Shown one piece after another: positions 51,749 through 64,000 of a stretch of DNA of 64,000 nt (position 1 is its first letter; each line of letters begins with the position of its first letter). Origin of the DNA: Toensbergia leucococca (Eukaryota). A program made the position numbers and the translations under genes. The notes under the pieces are model-generated. The model was not told the origin of the DNA and ran no database searches. It was given only the letters and a program-made list of their open reading frames with translations. Location: the NCBI GenBank assembly GCA_022813965.1, contig JALDZS010000022.1, positions 1 to 64,000 of the forward strand. The letters are read 5' to 3'.

Positions 51749-53387
51749 ATGGTTGCAGACGACAAGCTTTCGGGCACTTTCAGATATGAGGAGAAACCTA
51801 TATATACCACCTCGAATGGATGCCCCATTATGGATCCCGAAGCAAGCCAACGCATGTTAGTTATGTCACCACTTTCGAGCAGTCGAGTACCCTTCTAATA
51901 TGCCTGTATCTTAGTGGACAGAACGGACCTCTCCTACTACAAGATTTTCACCTGATTGATCTTCTCGCCCATTTCGACCGTGAGCGTATTCCTGAAAGGG
52001 TGGTTCATGCCAAAGGCGCCGGCGCCTATGGCGAGTTTGAATTGACTGACGACATAAGTGATTTAGTGAGCTCTCACATGACTTCTCTTCTTTCTGACAG
52101 AGCTGACTGTTGTAGACCTCAGTCGATATGCTCAATGGACTTGGCAAGAAAACCAAGTGTGTTGCTCGCTTCTCCACTGTGGGCGGCGAGAAGGGCTCGC
52201 CAGATTCTGCACGAGATCCTCGCGGCTTCTCTGTCAAATTCTATACAGAGGAGGGCAACTGGGATTGGGTTTTTAACAACACCCCGATCTTCTTCCTCCG
52301 CGACCCTTCCAAATTTCCCATCTTTATCCACACCCAGAAGCGTAATCCGCAGACCAATCTCAAGGATGCCACCATGTTTTGGGACTACTTGTCTACACAC
52401 CAAGAATCTGCTCATCAGGTCATGCATCTGTTTTCGGATCGCGGCACTCCATATTCTTACAGACATATGAATGGATACTCTGGCCACACCTACAAATTTA
52501 CGAAGCCGGACGGAACTTTCAATTATATACAGATTCATTGCAAGAGTGATCAGGGAAGCAAGACCTTCACAAATGAAGAGGCTGGGAATATGGCCGCAGA
52601 GAATCCGGACTGGCACACCCAGGATTTATTTAATTCGATCCAGGATGGACAATACCCTTCATGGACTTGTTATGTTCAGGTCCTTAGCCCAGAGCAAGCG
52701 GAGAAATTCCGCTGGAACATCTTCGATTTAACTAAGGTCTGGCCCCAAAAGGATGTTCCCCTGCGGCCATTCGGCAAATTCACCCTCAATAAGAACGCTG
52801 AGAACTATTTTGCCGAAATCGAGCAAGTTGCTTTCTCGCCTTCACACATGGTCCCCGGCGTTGAGCCCTCGGCCGACCCAGTCCTTCAGTCACGCCTCTT
52901 CTCTTACCCAGACACACACCGTCATCGCCTCGGTGTGAATTATCAGCAAATTCCTGTTAATCAGCCTCTCCGAGCTTTTAACCCGTACCAACGTGATGGT
53001 ATCATGGCAGTCAACGGTAATTACGGCGCCAATCCCAACTACCCCTCCACCTACCGCAATATGTCATATAAGCCCGTCAAGCCATCCCAGGAACACGAGA
53101 AATGGGCCGGTGCTGCCGTCTCCCAACAGCTTCCTCTTACCGATGAAGACTTCGTCCAGCCAAATATGCTATGGGAGGTCCTTGGCCGTACGCCTGGCCA
53201 ACAAGACAACTTTGTCGGCAATGTTGCTGGGCATCTAAGCGCCGCGAAGGAGCCAGTGCGCAGGAGAACCTATGAGATGTTCACAAAAATCAACAAAGAG
53301 CTAGGCTCGAGAATTGAGAAGGCGACTGAGCCGTTGGCGCCGCATCCGATAAGCCAAGCTGCGGGTAATGCACAAGCTCGTTTGTAG
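51749..53387 (+). CDS. CTA1: Small-subunit heme catalase with PTS1 (peroxisomal)
   Basis: [35 protein letters not shown] proximal-ligand motif; C-terminal ARL peroxisomal signal; 2 introns. Confidence 0.95.
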
Positions 53388-54154
53388 GGGACGAAATATG
53401 ACGAATATTACAGGATGATGAAAGGAAAGAAGTTTGATGGCACTGAAGAATAATGAATTAAACCTGCTGATTGAGTACCCACTTGTCTTATCGCTTACGC
53501 TTGGATATGATTTGTATTTAGCCATCATTCATGAGCATTGGCGGAGGGGACATGTGCGTTGTAACTGCTGTCAAATTGGTATTGGCATAATAATTTCTCG
53601 ATTATTAACAATCGAAATTCTACTACCACCTGGTTCATGGAGTAGTTCGGTACCTATGCATATGCCTCTCTAGTAATATATATCTCAACATGCTACTCCT
53701 CTCCCCCAGCAAGATTGGATTCGAAGTTGAGATAGCCCGGAACTTAATAGGGGATTCAAATCAGTTTGCACGCATTAACATAGATAGGTCCTATCTTCGC
53801 TTCATGCAGAAAGGAGCGACTTGATCTACCAAGGAAGGTCCGAGCTCTTGAAATCTCTCGAGCGTGGATGATTCGGACAGCCATGCAGTCAATGAGGGCA
53901 AAGTCTTGCGAAGAGAAACTTTTCAATGATATTAATTAATTTGATACACCGAGATATTGCTCTGGGCGTGGCGGCAGTATTTTATACGATACAGATATTT
54001 ACAGATGCAGGTTAATGTTTTCTCCCCTTCCCAAGGTACCCTCGGATTCTCCCCCTTGACATAAACCAGAACACGACGAGAGAGAGTTCCGTCATCTTGG
54101 AATACCTCTCTTCTAGTCGGCTCCTTTTCAAACCTTCTCTCTTTGGTCATATTC

Positions 54155-54973
54155 TCAGTGACCACTTCGCTGGTTATAACGCGTTTTGCCAAAGGTGAAA
54201 GGGACGTAGCGATATTTGATCATATGCTGGATTTGTCTTCGCACTACATGCAAGAGGTCTTGTCAGTATCTAGATGGCCATCTGAGCTTTGTGATATGCT
54301 TTCATATCTGGCCCCAACACCCTCGAATGATTCCTCCTTCAGGGAGCACTCACTCGTCAGAGCGAATAGAATAATCCAATAAACTACCAGTACGGGCCAG
54401 TACACTGGTACATTAAATACCTGAAACCACGTGCACACAAAGCCTATAGTCACCGCTTTCGTGCTCGAATACCAGAACTTGAACTCTGGTAACCGACGGA
54501 TGAAAGGTCGGAATTCTTCGTCGTGTCGAACTGGTAGGCCGCTGGCGGCATCGCCGTCTTCTAGTCCTTCATCATGGGTGAGTGATGGGTCGAATTTGGG
54601 TTGGAGAAAGGCGAGGAAGAGGTTGAGAAGGTAGATTCCTAGGGAGTAGCATACTAGACCGTATTCATCAGTATCGTATTTAGGAAAATGGCTTTAGAGG
54701 GCGCAAATTCAGAGATATACCAATGTACCATCCTTGTGCGATGACTATACGGAGCAGGAAGAGGATAAGAAGCGCGGCGGTACTGGTCCAGCGGTAAGTG
54801 GTGTAGGGGGTGGATTTGTCAAGGTAGGCTTGGTATTGCTGAAACCAGAGCGACGTCAGCACTGTTCCCACGAAATGGCATGCGCGAACTTGAGGTTCAC
54901 TCACCCTTGACCATCTCGAGGTTTGCGCGCTCACGGCTGCAAAAGGGGTCTGCTCTGGTTCTATTGAATCCAT
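54155..54973 (-). CDS. RER1: Golgi-to-ER retrieval receptor Rer1, 4 exons
   Basis: YQAYLDKSTPY; AQGWYI; EFRPFIRRLPEFKFW; FNVPVYWPVLVVYW; MRRQIQHMIKYRYVPF. Confidence 0.95.
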
Positions 54974-55267
54974 GGTACCGAGTTATCAACCAAGGCGTCG
55001 GGCGCCTTCCTCAGAAGGTTGCCGTCACTCAGTTTCTGTGGGGGTCAGGGTGGTGCGCTGGATAGTGACAGTACTTTGAGACCGTTCGAAATCGATATGT
55101 GGCCTTTGCCTTCAACCAAGCCTTGTCTTGTTGAATCACCGAATTTCTTAATTGTCTGCCCAGGGTCTCTAGCCCGATTGGGGTTAGCCCAGAAAGAGTC
55201 CGAGCTCGCGGATCCTAGCGGCTTGTATTTGCAAGTCGTCCAGCTCCAGTTTCCACTGCATCGCAGC

Positions 55268-56333
55268 ATGGCACCAACCAGCCTATTCAGGCCTGTGGCC
55301 GCTCGACTTCTGAGACCATCCGTGCTTCCTACCTACCGGTCATACTCAGCTACCTCTTCCTACGAGCATTTATTGACATCGTCCCCAAAACCCGGTGTTG
55401 GTCTCAGTATGTTAATTCTATTCCATGACATCGAACCTCATTCATCTACGCTTGCTGAAGTATCAGTACTCAATCAGTCACTCTGAATCGCCCCAGAGCC
55501 CTGAACGTGCTTTCATCCTCACTCTTTGCAGAGATCAATAGCGCCTTGCAAGAATATGATAATGATAAGAGTATCGGCGCTATCGTGCTTACTGGCAACG
55601 AGAAGGCATTTGCAGGTAATCTACTTCCTCATGCTAAGGAATATCTTTTGCACTCCTAAACTGCTCCCTTTGATTCTAGCCGGAGCCGACATCAAAGAGA
55701 TGAAAGATCTCACATTCAGCCAAGCTTACAATACTAATTTCATCGCTTCCTGGTCTTCCACAATTTCCCAAATCCGCACACCCATCATCGCCGCCGTCAA
55801 TGGATATGCCCTCGGTGGTGGTTGCGAACTCGCCCTCATGACCGATATAATCTACTGTTCCTCCGCCGCGACCTTTGGCCAACCGGAAATAAAGCTCGGC
55901 ATCATTCCCGGCGCTGGGGGTAGCCAAAGGCTTACGAAGGCCATCGGCAAGAGCCGGGCTATGGATTTGATACTCACGGGGAGGAATTTCAGTGGCAAGG
56001 AAGCAGGGGAATGGGGTGTTGCAGCCAAGGTCTTTGAGAGTGGAGATGCATGCGTGCAAGGAGCATTGGAGACGGCGGAGAAGATTGCAGGCTTGTCCAA
56101 AGTAGCGATTAGAGCCGCGAAGGAAGTGGTCAACAAAAGCCAAGAGGTGGGACTGCGGGAAGGTCTAGACTATGAAAGGAAGGTTTTCCATGGCCTATTC
56201 GGGAGTGCGGATCAGAAGATCGGTAAGTCTTTCACATTGTACCGAATGTGGCCGAGCAGATCGTTGTGCTGACTTATCGCAAGGGATGACTGCGTTCGTG
56301 GAAAAGAAGAAAGCTGAATGGAAGCATGAATAG
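55268..56333 (+). CDS. ECHS1: Mitochondrial short-chain enoyl-CoA hydratase (crotonase), 4 exons
   Basis: Mitochondrial-type presequence; LNRPRALNVL; AFAAGADIKEM; AVNGYALGGGCELA; FGQPEIKLGIIPGAGGSQRL; GMTAFVEKKKAEWKHE*. Confidence 0.93.
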
Positions 56334-56814
56334 GATTACTACTGTCAACGAACAATCAGTCAAATCGATCTGGCTAGCTTGTCTTCGCTCAGAGCAGATT
56401 TTCATCTAGAATGTCTGTGTGTAGCCGCAGCCCGGTCCTGCGAGACTGTATGGCTCATTCGTACCACATGCAAGAGGCCCATTGACGTGTATATAGCATG
56501 TCTCATTGCTGGATACTCGGAAATGCAAGATCCTCCAAGCTACGAGCAGGCGTTCCTTGACTCGCCCACTCGGGGCAGTTTCACTCATCTCAATAATAAT
56601 TTAAAGATATATTCAATAACACACGGAGACACGAGCGTCACTGGCCATAAGAAGTGGACATCTTAGTCCAGCAATAGTTTCAAGTCATCCAAAGAAGCAA
56701 GTATTCAAGGACTAATCCGGCAAACATAACATCGGTAACTTGCTTCTACAACACCATCATCACGCCCCCACACAACTCTTAATCTCCCATATCCATCATA
56801 TCAATGACATGTAT

Positions 56815-57348
56815 CTACAACCCCAAGGGATTCTGAGCGTCTGCCTTCGAATCTCCTGACTCACCCTTTGCTTTACCACCGACGCTGGACGTAGTGTCCT
56901 ATTCAAGCAGTGTTTTAGTTTCAGATTGCCACTCAACAGCGTTCTTGCAATCGGACATACCGAGACCGTCGATCCCGCTCCCTTTGCCGTGTCTCCAACG
57001 CCTTTGGTAAGACCCGAAGCGGTATCTTTGCCTCGTCAGCAATTTGTACCCAATTGTTGATGTTCTGTCCGCAGTACATACCTCCGACACCCTTTCCAAC
57101 AGTGCCCACAGCGTCACCCGCTGTATTAGCAACCTTGCCGTTTGTGAGCCGACACATCAGTATTCGTCAAGGCCGAAGAACTCTTACATTTCCGGCGGTT
57201 TTGCCAACTTTGAGACTGTTAGCATAGACCCTGGATTTTGCTCAGGTGTCAAACACACCCGTGTCGGTGACTATCCTCTAGAGGTCAGTCCTCAACCATG
57301 ATCTACCTCCAAAAGCTGGGACTCACCACCACCAAGAAGGCCACCCAT
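56815..57348 (-). CDS. Small Gly/Thr-rich LEA-like protein (~84 aa), 6 exons including a 12-nt microexon
   Basis: Spliced product MGGLLGGVTDTVGKTAGNVANTAGDAVGTVGKGVGDTASGLTKGVGDTAKGAGSTVSDTTSSVGGKAKGESGDSKADAQNPLGL*; all intron phases compatible; 11-mer periodicity. Confidence 0.8.
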
Positions 57349-59289
57349 GATGATAGAAGTTCGGGTAGAAGGGTTACTATTCCTCAATCAGTGTCTGCAT
57401 TGGACAGACGCAGACAATTTTCCGCACACATACCTTTTGGGACACTGAAGAAGTGGGTTGAATATCGTATTGAGGAGGACTGTTGTATTCCTAAAATCTG
57501 ATGGTCTGGACAACAAGAAAACACAAAGAACGGACCCCTCTTTTCATATGCCCCAAAAAAAAAAGAGGGGCATTTGTTTACGTCAAGCCCCCACCATCAT
57601 GCCACCCCCTCCATTCAACCAACTGCCCCGCGTACCATGATTTGGCGCGCCAACAGGCAGGGTAGAAATCCGGTTTGCAATCCAAACAGGTGTTTGAGTT
57701 TTGGGGGGGGGGGGTGTTAGCCACAGGGATAAACGGGCTGTTTCTGCAAAAGCCACTCGAGGATCTCTCCCTGCATCAACCATGTTCGAAGTGACGAGCA
57801 TGATGCACTTAGGGCCTGGAATGCATGGTGGGGGTTCACGTTGCAATGATTGCGCCACCCCAACCCCACCTCGGTAGCTCTGTTATTGGTTGGGGCCCTG
57901 TGAGACACCCAGATCTGCAGGCCCATGTTTGATTGGAATTGGAGATCGGGGCGTTGTGAGAACGGTTTAAAGAGATAGCCCTACCGTTGTGGTTGGGAAA
58001 TGATATTACTCGCGGATGGAACACGTCTTCATTGGTAGGGAGGGATAAGACCAAATATCATTTTCCATGAAATATACACTATCAATGAGGTGTCCATGAG
58101 TCTCTCTCATAAGCGGCTTCATTTTTGTTCAAAGTCACAAGGAAGCATAATACATCTGAGGACTTTTGCAGGCGCTCTTCATCAGATCATTAATGATGAA
58201 CGTGATTATACTAGTATAGATTCCTCATCTCTGATTTGTACATCTTTCACACAGAACCTTTAGATCTTCATGAATTGTAATTGCAGAGCTAGCTTTTGGC
58301 GTTATGGAGATGGGTACTGCTATTGCTCGCTATTCCCTGCCCATTCCATCATTGACCTGGCTAGCCTAGCCTAACGATCGAGTTTGGCCGTCATGTGGCT
58401 GCGTTGTGTAATCAAAATTGTCCTCCTTTCCAATGGCAAGAGGTTCGAGCATTGTTGGTACTCGAACATGAATTGCTGCGACCTATTTTGATCTATGGTA
58501 AAACAGCACGAGGACGAGCGGCCCGCATGGTTACTTTTACTCTCATTTACGACTGCCCAACAGGGGCATAGAAGGCCTTCATCACGTTCTGGATACAAAC
58601 CTGATACCCCCCTTTTCTGTGGTTTGGTGCGATGGGGAAGTTTGATGCTTTCTTGCGGCTTGCGGAAATAGGGATAAGGCGTCTGTTCGTTGACCGTGCA
58701 GTGTGTTGAACTTTTATCATTGAAGGCCTGATGGAGGTGTGCTCCTTCGCCCTCATGAGCTGCCGCAATACAAGGAGGGTTGCCATGTGATTTCAGGATG
58801 GCACACAAGTGCCGTTGCCGGTTCGATTTCTCGTTTTTGAGATTTGTATGTTGCTCCGTGTTGATTCATTCACTTTCCCTGCTTTGGGATTAGATTCGAT
58901 CGGAGTATGGCTGTGTTCGGTAGCACCGCGGCTTTTCGACATCAATGAATCGGAATTCCTCGACGTTGATGTCCATTTACTTAAGAATAGTATGAGTATC
59001 GTCTGAGGACGGGGAGTAGAGATTGTGGTGATTTATGCGGGTGAAGGGAGAAGGAAGAGCGATGGGGGAGGGGTGAGTGGTTGATGCTTGTGGTGTTTCT
59101 GGCATGGGGAATACCGTGGCGGGTTGATGGAATCGGAGAGAGCGTGGTATTTTTCTGAATGAGTTCATCATCAACGAAGCTAGAGAATGATACAGCTAAT
59201 ACATTGATGAGCTGAGATGAAGTAAAAAGAAGTGAAAAGAAACAGAAAGAGAGAGGAAAACATCGAGATTCCGGATTTTGCAACGCAAT

Positions 59290-60260
59290 ACTCGTATTCT
59301 ATGCATCAACTTGATGTATAAATGAATGTTCTGAGATCAGGTTTACTTATGAGAGGCATCAAGTGATAGATGGTATTGACTTCCAAAGCGGATACATGAC
59401 ATCAACTTTATCAGAGCTTATAGAATATTTCTGGCAAATAGACTAAAGAATGTGAACTTTCAGGATCACGCATTGGGACCGGTACGGACTTTCTCTTACA
59501 GAACATCTGTAAAAGTAAGCTCCGCAAAACTGTGAGCAACAGCACACACTCATTTTAATATATTTAAGTTCAGAGACCTTCTATGATGACTTCTTCATCA
59601 GAAAGTGAAAGTAAAAAGAGATTTAGAATGAATATCTGAATCACAACAGAAATGTTCGATTCATGAGTGCGGCCTCATATTATCACACATATGAGTTGAT
59701 TGTACAGTGACAGACAGAATATAATTGAAGATGAGTAAAATATGAATGTGAATAATGAATGAGACAGCGGCACCGCCTCAATTCATAGATGAATTCATTG
59801 CCCTTATGATCATGTGCTCAGTCAACTTCAAGGGACTCAATAAAAGACACTGAGCAGTTCTGTATCAGACAGCGGTGTGATGTCTTTGAAAAGTCTATCT
59901 ATCTGTCACCTTTGAGCTCTCACAGTGTCACTGAAACTCAGAAGCAGCGGTGAGTTACTATAAAGAGATGACAAGTACTCACATCCTCAGTGATAGAGTA
60001 CTCAGTATGAAAGAGATGTATCAAAACAAGGACTATAATTCTAAGTTATTCAAGAAATTATAAGGTCAATACCCTGATGAAAATCATATTCTAAAAGACT
60101 CAAGTTGCGTGAATTGAGAGATGAAGACTCAAAAGGTGATCTAAAAATGAAATGATTGATCATATACAAGTATCAGCGAGTATCATTATATTATTATTGA
60201 ATGAGGGATTGAAGGAGGTCTACCTTGATCAAGGACCTCTCTATCAAGAGCTCAAAACAA
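59290..60260. repeat. AT-rich, CpG-depleted relic (probable hypermutated transposon remnant)
   Basis: No ORFs of 60 aa or more, excess TGA/TCA trinucleotides, few CpG. Confidence 0.5.
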
Positions 60261-60742
60261 AACTGAACGGGGGAGTGACATAGTCGGGTTCAATTCTTGA
60301 GTACTGGCTCCATGGTTAGTGTAACTCCTCCGTACACATTAGTGTAGAAACAAAAACAAGACAATACTAGATAGATGGTATTGGCTTCCTGGCTGTTTAA
60401 AGCAAGCCTAAAAAGAAAAAATCTCGAAAGAAAGTATTCTAGTTGAATGGTATCCTTAAAGAGATATGAGATTCCCAGAAGCGTGGGAAAGAAGACGAAA
60501 AAACGGCAATAAGGTCAAATTGTCTTCCCCCTACGTCGAGTCTTTTTCATTCGTAGTGGTGTTGGCGTACAGGCCCCAGATCCGTCAACGTCGGCAAGCC
60601 TCGCTTTCCTACCATTTTGCATCATCAACACAGCTAGATCAATCAAGCTGTGTCCATCAACAAGCCGTGCATGCTGCTTGACCGCCATGTCTTCAGCGGC
60701 TTTGGATCGTGCAGTACGACGGGTGCAACATGGCAAAGATAG

Positions 60743-63640
60743 TCATATCTCGAGTTGCTCTATGGCTCCACGCTCCGGAGAGCCGTTGGATTCGACTCTG
60801 CAGGCTGATGGCAAATCCATGTCTTTGGTACAGACCCATGTTGAGACATACATGTTGACCCTACAATATTAGTCACTATAATAAATCTTTGGAGTAAGGC
60901 AACCTACCGGTCTATACATGCACCTGGCAATCGTACTCCGACTCTTCTGGCAGAGAAACCGAATTTCTCGAATACTGAAATATACCACGGTCTCCGAGCG
61001 GCTGACCGCAGAAGAACTTTACCTCCAAGCTTCAAAGCACGATTAAGAGCCTTGACTTGTACGCTCGCATCGTCACCTCCTACGTCAAACCAATCCATAC
61101 TATCCATGACCTACACTCCAATCAGCCGTTGGCCAACGTGAATATTGGGTATATAGATTACTTACCACCGCATGACTAAGAGTCCCTGGAGCGATACGAG
61201 CAATGACCTCCTTGAGTTCGTCGGTGTGTATACGGAGACCATCAAAGGCATCCGGACGAGAAAGCCTTGCATGAGCCTTGGCGTCTAGATACTGTGGATG
61301 ACATCTACGCTGATGTCAACATAAATTCGATAGTATTGGAAACACCTAGACTCACCTCTGCGAATACTTGCCCTGTAAGCACAACGAATAGAAATAATTA
61401 TCTTCGCCGATGAGGGTTTCCTTAACAACAGGGTCCAAAGTATTTACAACATATTCCCAGATAGCTTCTCCCCGTACATCTGGTCTTCCTGCTGCTGGAC
61501 TTTCCATGTCCCCTTGGTCCAAGTGATCCAAGAGTATCATTTTTCGCTGCGCAGGTGGGACACCAGCAGCTTTCCAGGCGAACCACTCTGTGCCTATTAC
61601 AGTCCAATGCAGAGCTCGACTCAAGAGGACTCGTCGAATTCTTGGCCAAATTTCTCGTTGTTCATTTAAAGTCTTTGCATCACACAACTTTTTTACCTCG
61701 GATTTTAGTCCAAGAAGCATGAATAGCCACCGAATTAGTATGATGGCATGTCTACAAGTAGTCAGTACAAAATGTTCAGCTAAGAATGGCCATATAAGTA
61801 CCTCGAGCCTCCAGTCTCGTAGAGACCACGCGATGACGAGAAGGAATTGGCGTGGCTCAGCCAGTATTGACATGCTTGGGAGCTTAGATGAGGACTGAGC
61901 TTGTTTATCAGTGCTTTTCGAAAGTCTGGATATTTGCCCTCGCCAAACATCTTCCAGACGTCTGCGTAAGGCAAACATTGAAAAGCTGCAATCTTAAGCT
62001 CCAGCAGATGGTTCTGGTTTGGATTCAGATCGACAGCATGGATGCGCCTTGGGCCGGCAGAAAGTAGGTAATCCAGAACATTGTCCCCAGCAGAAGTGAC
62101 GCAAAGCACAACATCATTGGGGCCAATCTTCAACAAGCGCTGATCTACTCGAGGATCTTCCCAGGTAAATGCATAGATATACTCGTTGTTGAACTGGGTA
62201 TGCTTCTTCAGCTGGTCATTGTAAAAGATGCGCCGTTGGTTGTTTTGATAAAAAACCGATGGAAGTGGTAGGTTCGAGCTGAGGTTGATGATAGCAGACT
62301 GGTAAGTCTTGGATCTTATCTCGACGGGAATAGCTTTCTCAACAGCCCGAGACATGTCAGCACGATGTTGCCATGGCGAGAGATAAGGAGACTCGGTACA
62401 TGCAGCATCAAGGCGTTCAATGAAGTCCTGTTCGTAATCGGGGTTGCTTGTTGTTGGAGATCTAAGCTCACGCTGCGTTCCAATGAAGATGTAATACGGT
62501 ATGCCTCCAAGAAGATAGTTTCTCTCATCTGCGGTTTTAAGGGTACCGAATCTGTATTCAAGGTAATCTCTTCGAGCTCCCTCTAGACCAACACGGTCAA
62601 CATCGAACCATGCTCTCCAAAAGACTCGGCCGAGCCAATTGACATGTCTATTAAAAGATCCTCCGGTGTAATTTCGTCCGCTTGTCTCGACAATACTTTG
62701 CACGTAAAAATCAACCACGCCGACCAGGCCACGAGGAGACAGGAGAGAGGAAATAGAATCTACAACGCTGTAGTAATCTGGTATCATACTCAGGCTGTAC
62801 GACAGGGTGATCAGATCCGCGCCTGAATTGAAATCTGCTCTACTTCTTGCCTGAGGTACATCATGCTTGTTGAACCGGAACGCTCGAGCATCTTGGCAGA
62901 CAATGTCTACTTTCCATCCAAGGCGTGCGAACCTCCTCCGAGCTACTTCACACAGAGAAGGCGAGAGGTCGACAAGATAGACCTTCGAGAAAAAAGTTGG
63001 TACATCAACGTAGGCTTGCATTGCTGCAAGAATGATCAGCATATGCATCAGGCGGAACAACCAGGGAAATCATATTGTTGATATATACCTTCAATATTGT
63101 ATCCAGTACCGCCACCGATCTATGCTAGGTCGTTAATTCGTTGGACAATACTACATTTGACTCAGGAATATCTTTCAACGGACGTACGTCAACCCAGACT
63201 GGACCGGCATTGGACGAGAGCCCATTTCCTACTTTGTGTCTCAATTGTGCAGCAATCAGACCCAGCATATCTTCACGGCCCCGGAGGAGACTCTTTCTCG
63301 TAGCATCATACACATCAGCCTAAATAAAATCAGTGTCAGCTCGGGCGGTAAGAGGAACAGGTTCCAGACTCGCCTGTGCTTTATAGAAACTTTCGAGAGC
63401 TTCTTGCTGACCAATCCCGACACCGTCCCCGGAGTGCGGTTTGAGAAAGCTGGCATAGAAGAATCTGCCAAACTCGGTAAGAATATTTGAGTCATTGACC
63501 AATGCCTTAGGCTTCAGGTGTGCTACGGCTAGGATGCCACACACGAGAAGAGCAAGCAGGCATCCGACAATTAGTACCTGTGGGTGCAATATGCTGAAGA
63601 TAGAGCCTTTTGGCAAGATTGCTCTGAGAACGACGGACAT
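60743..63640 (-). CDS. BTA1: Betaine lipid (DGTS) synthase, multi-exon
   Basis: N-terminal TM helix, QQEALESFYKAQADVYDATRKSLLRGREDML, SAM motif WVDIGGGTGYN, VYLVDLSPSLC, YIYAFTWEDPRVD, VDLNPNQNHLLELK, MDSMDWF, DRVNMYVSTW. Confidence 0.93.
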
Positions 63641-64000
63641 GTTCTAAAGTATCAATGGCCAAGAAACCTGCGTGAGCCAGATTCAGGTAGATGAGGGACA
63701 GAGAGGAAGATGCACTGGCAGCACTGCTAAGTAGAACTCCTGCCCCACCAAGCACCTCCACAGATGCGATAGCCATCGCTGCCCTCATGCCTAGTCCAAT
63801 AAATCGGGCGGCCTATCAAGACGGCACATGGCGGAGGGCAGAGTAAAAGTATCGCATATCAGTTGCTCATTGTTAGCCTGAGGGTCTATGAGATAGGTGG
63901 AATTGCAGCGTTGGGAGATGGGGTGTGCATCTCAGTTCTGGGAGCAGACCCAATCCGCATTGCTTGAGGGCAAGATACAGAGGTGAAAGCTTAAAAGGAG

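Noticed and set aside
51749..63640. Catalase, enoyl-CoA hydratase, LEA-like and BTA1 as a stress or lipid gene cluster
   Set aside because: Different compartments and pathways, interrupted by RER1; no backbone enzyme or regulator
63507..63788. 93-aa out-of-frame ORF overlapping the BTA1 start
   Set aside because: No family resemblance; transcription start unknown, so a uORF role cannot be supported

Overview
Gene-dense euchromatic segment from a filamentous ascomycete (Pezizomycotina). Evidence: short GT-AG introns with CTRAC branch points and fungal orthologues; a lichen-forming Lecanoromycete is plausible but cannot be proven from the sequence. Recognisable intron-containing genes: MED27, an RRM protein, eIF4G, DNA polymerase alpha (POL1), RPL7, SNF8/VPS22-like, eIF3c, a PhyH-family dioxygenase, YAK1, RAD26/CSB, a secreted S/T-rich membrane protein, eIF3l, ARL1, peroxisomal catalase, RER1, enoyl-CoA hydratase and betaine lipid synthase BTA1. 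There are also two orphan ORFs and a frameshifted kinase pseudogene. Items the ORF track misses: a box C/D snoRNA in RPL7 intron 2 (predicted to guide 25S Gm805); a long structured RPL7 intron 1 that can pair with exon 2; an in-frame stop-free intron in eIF4G; a 55-aa microprotein ORF; a 6-exon LEA-like gene with a 12-nt microexon; and nested TA-flanked MITE-like elements. Two mutational signatures also stand out: repeated C-rich to G-rich skew switches that override codon usage, and CpG-depleted relics in which GCGG/CCGC is selectively spared. No clear novel multi-gene system was found. Exon boundaries were read by eye and family assignments come from motif recognition, not searches.
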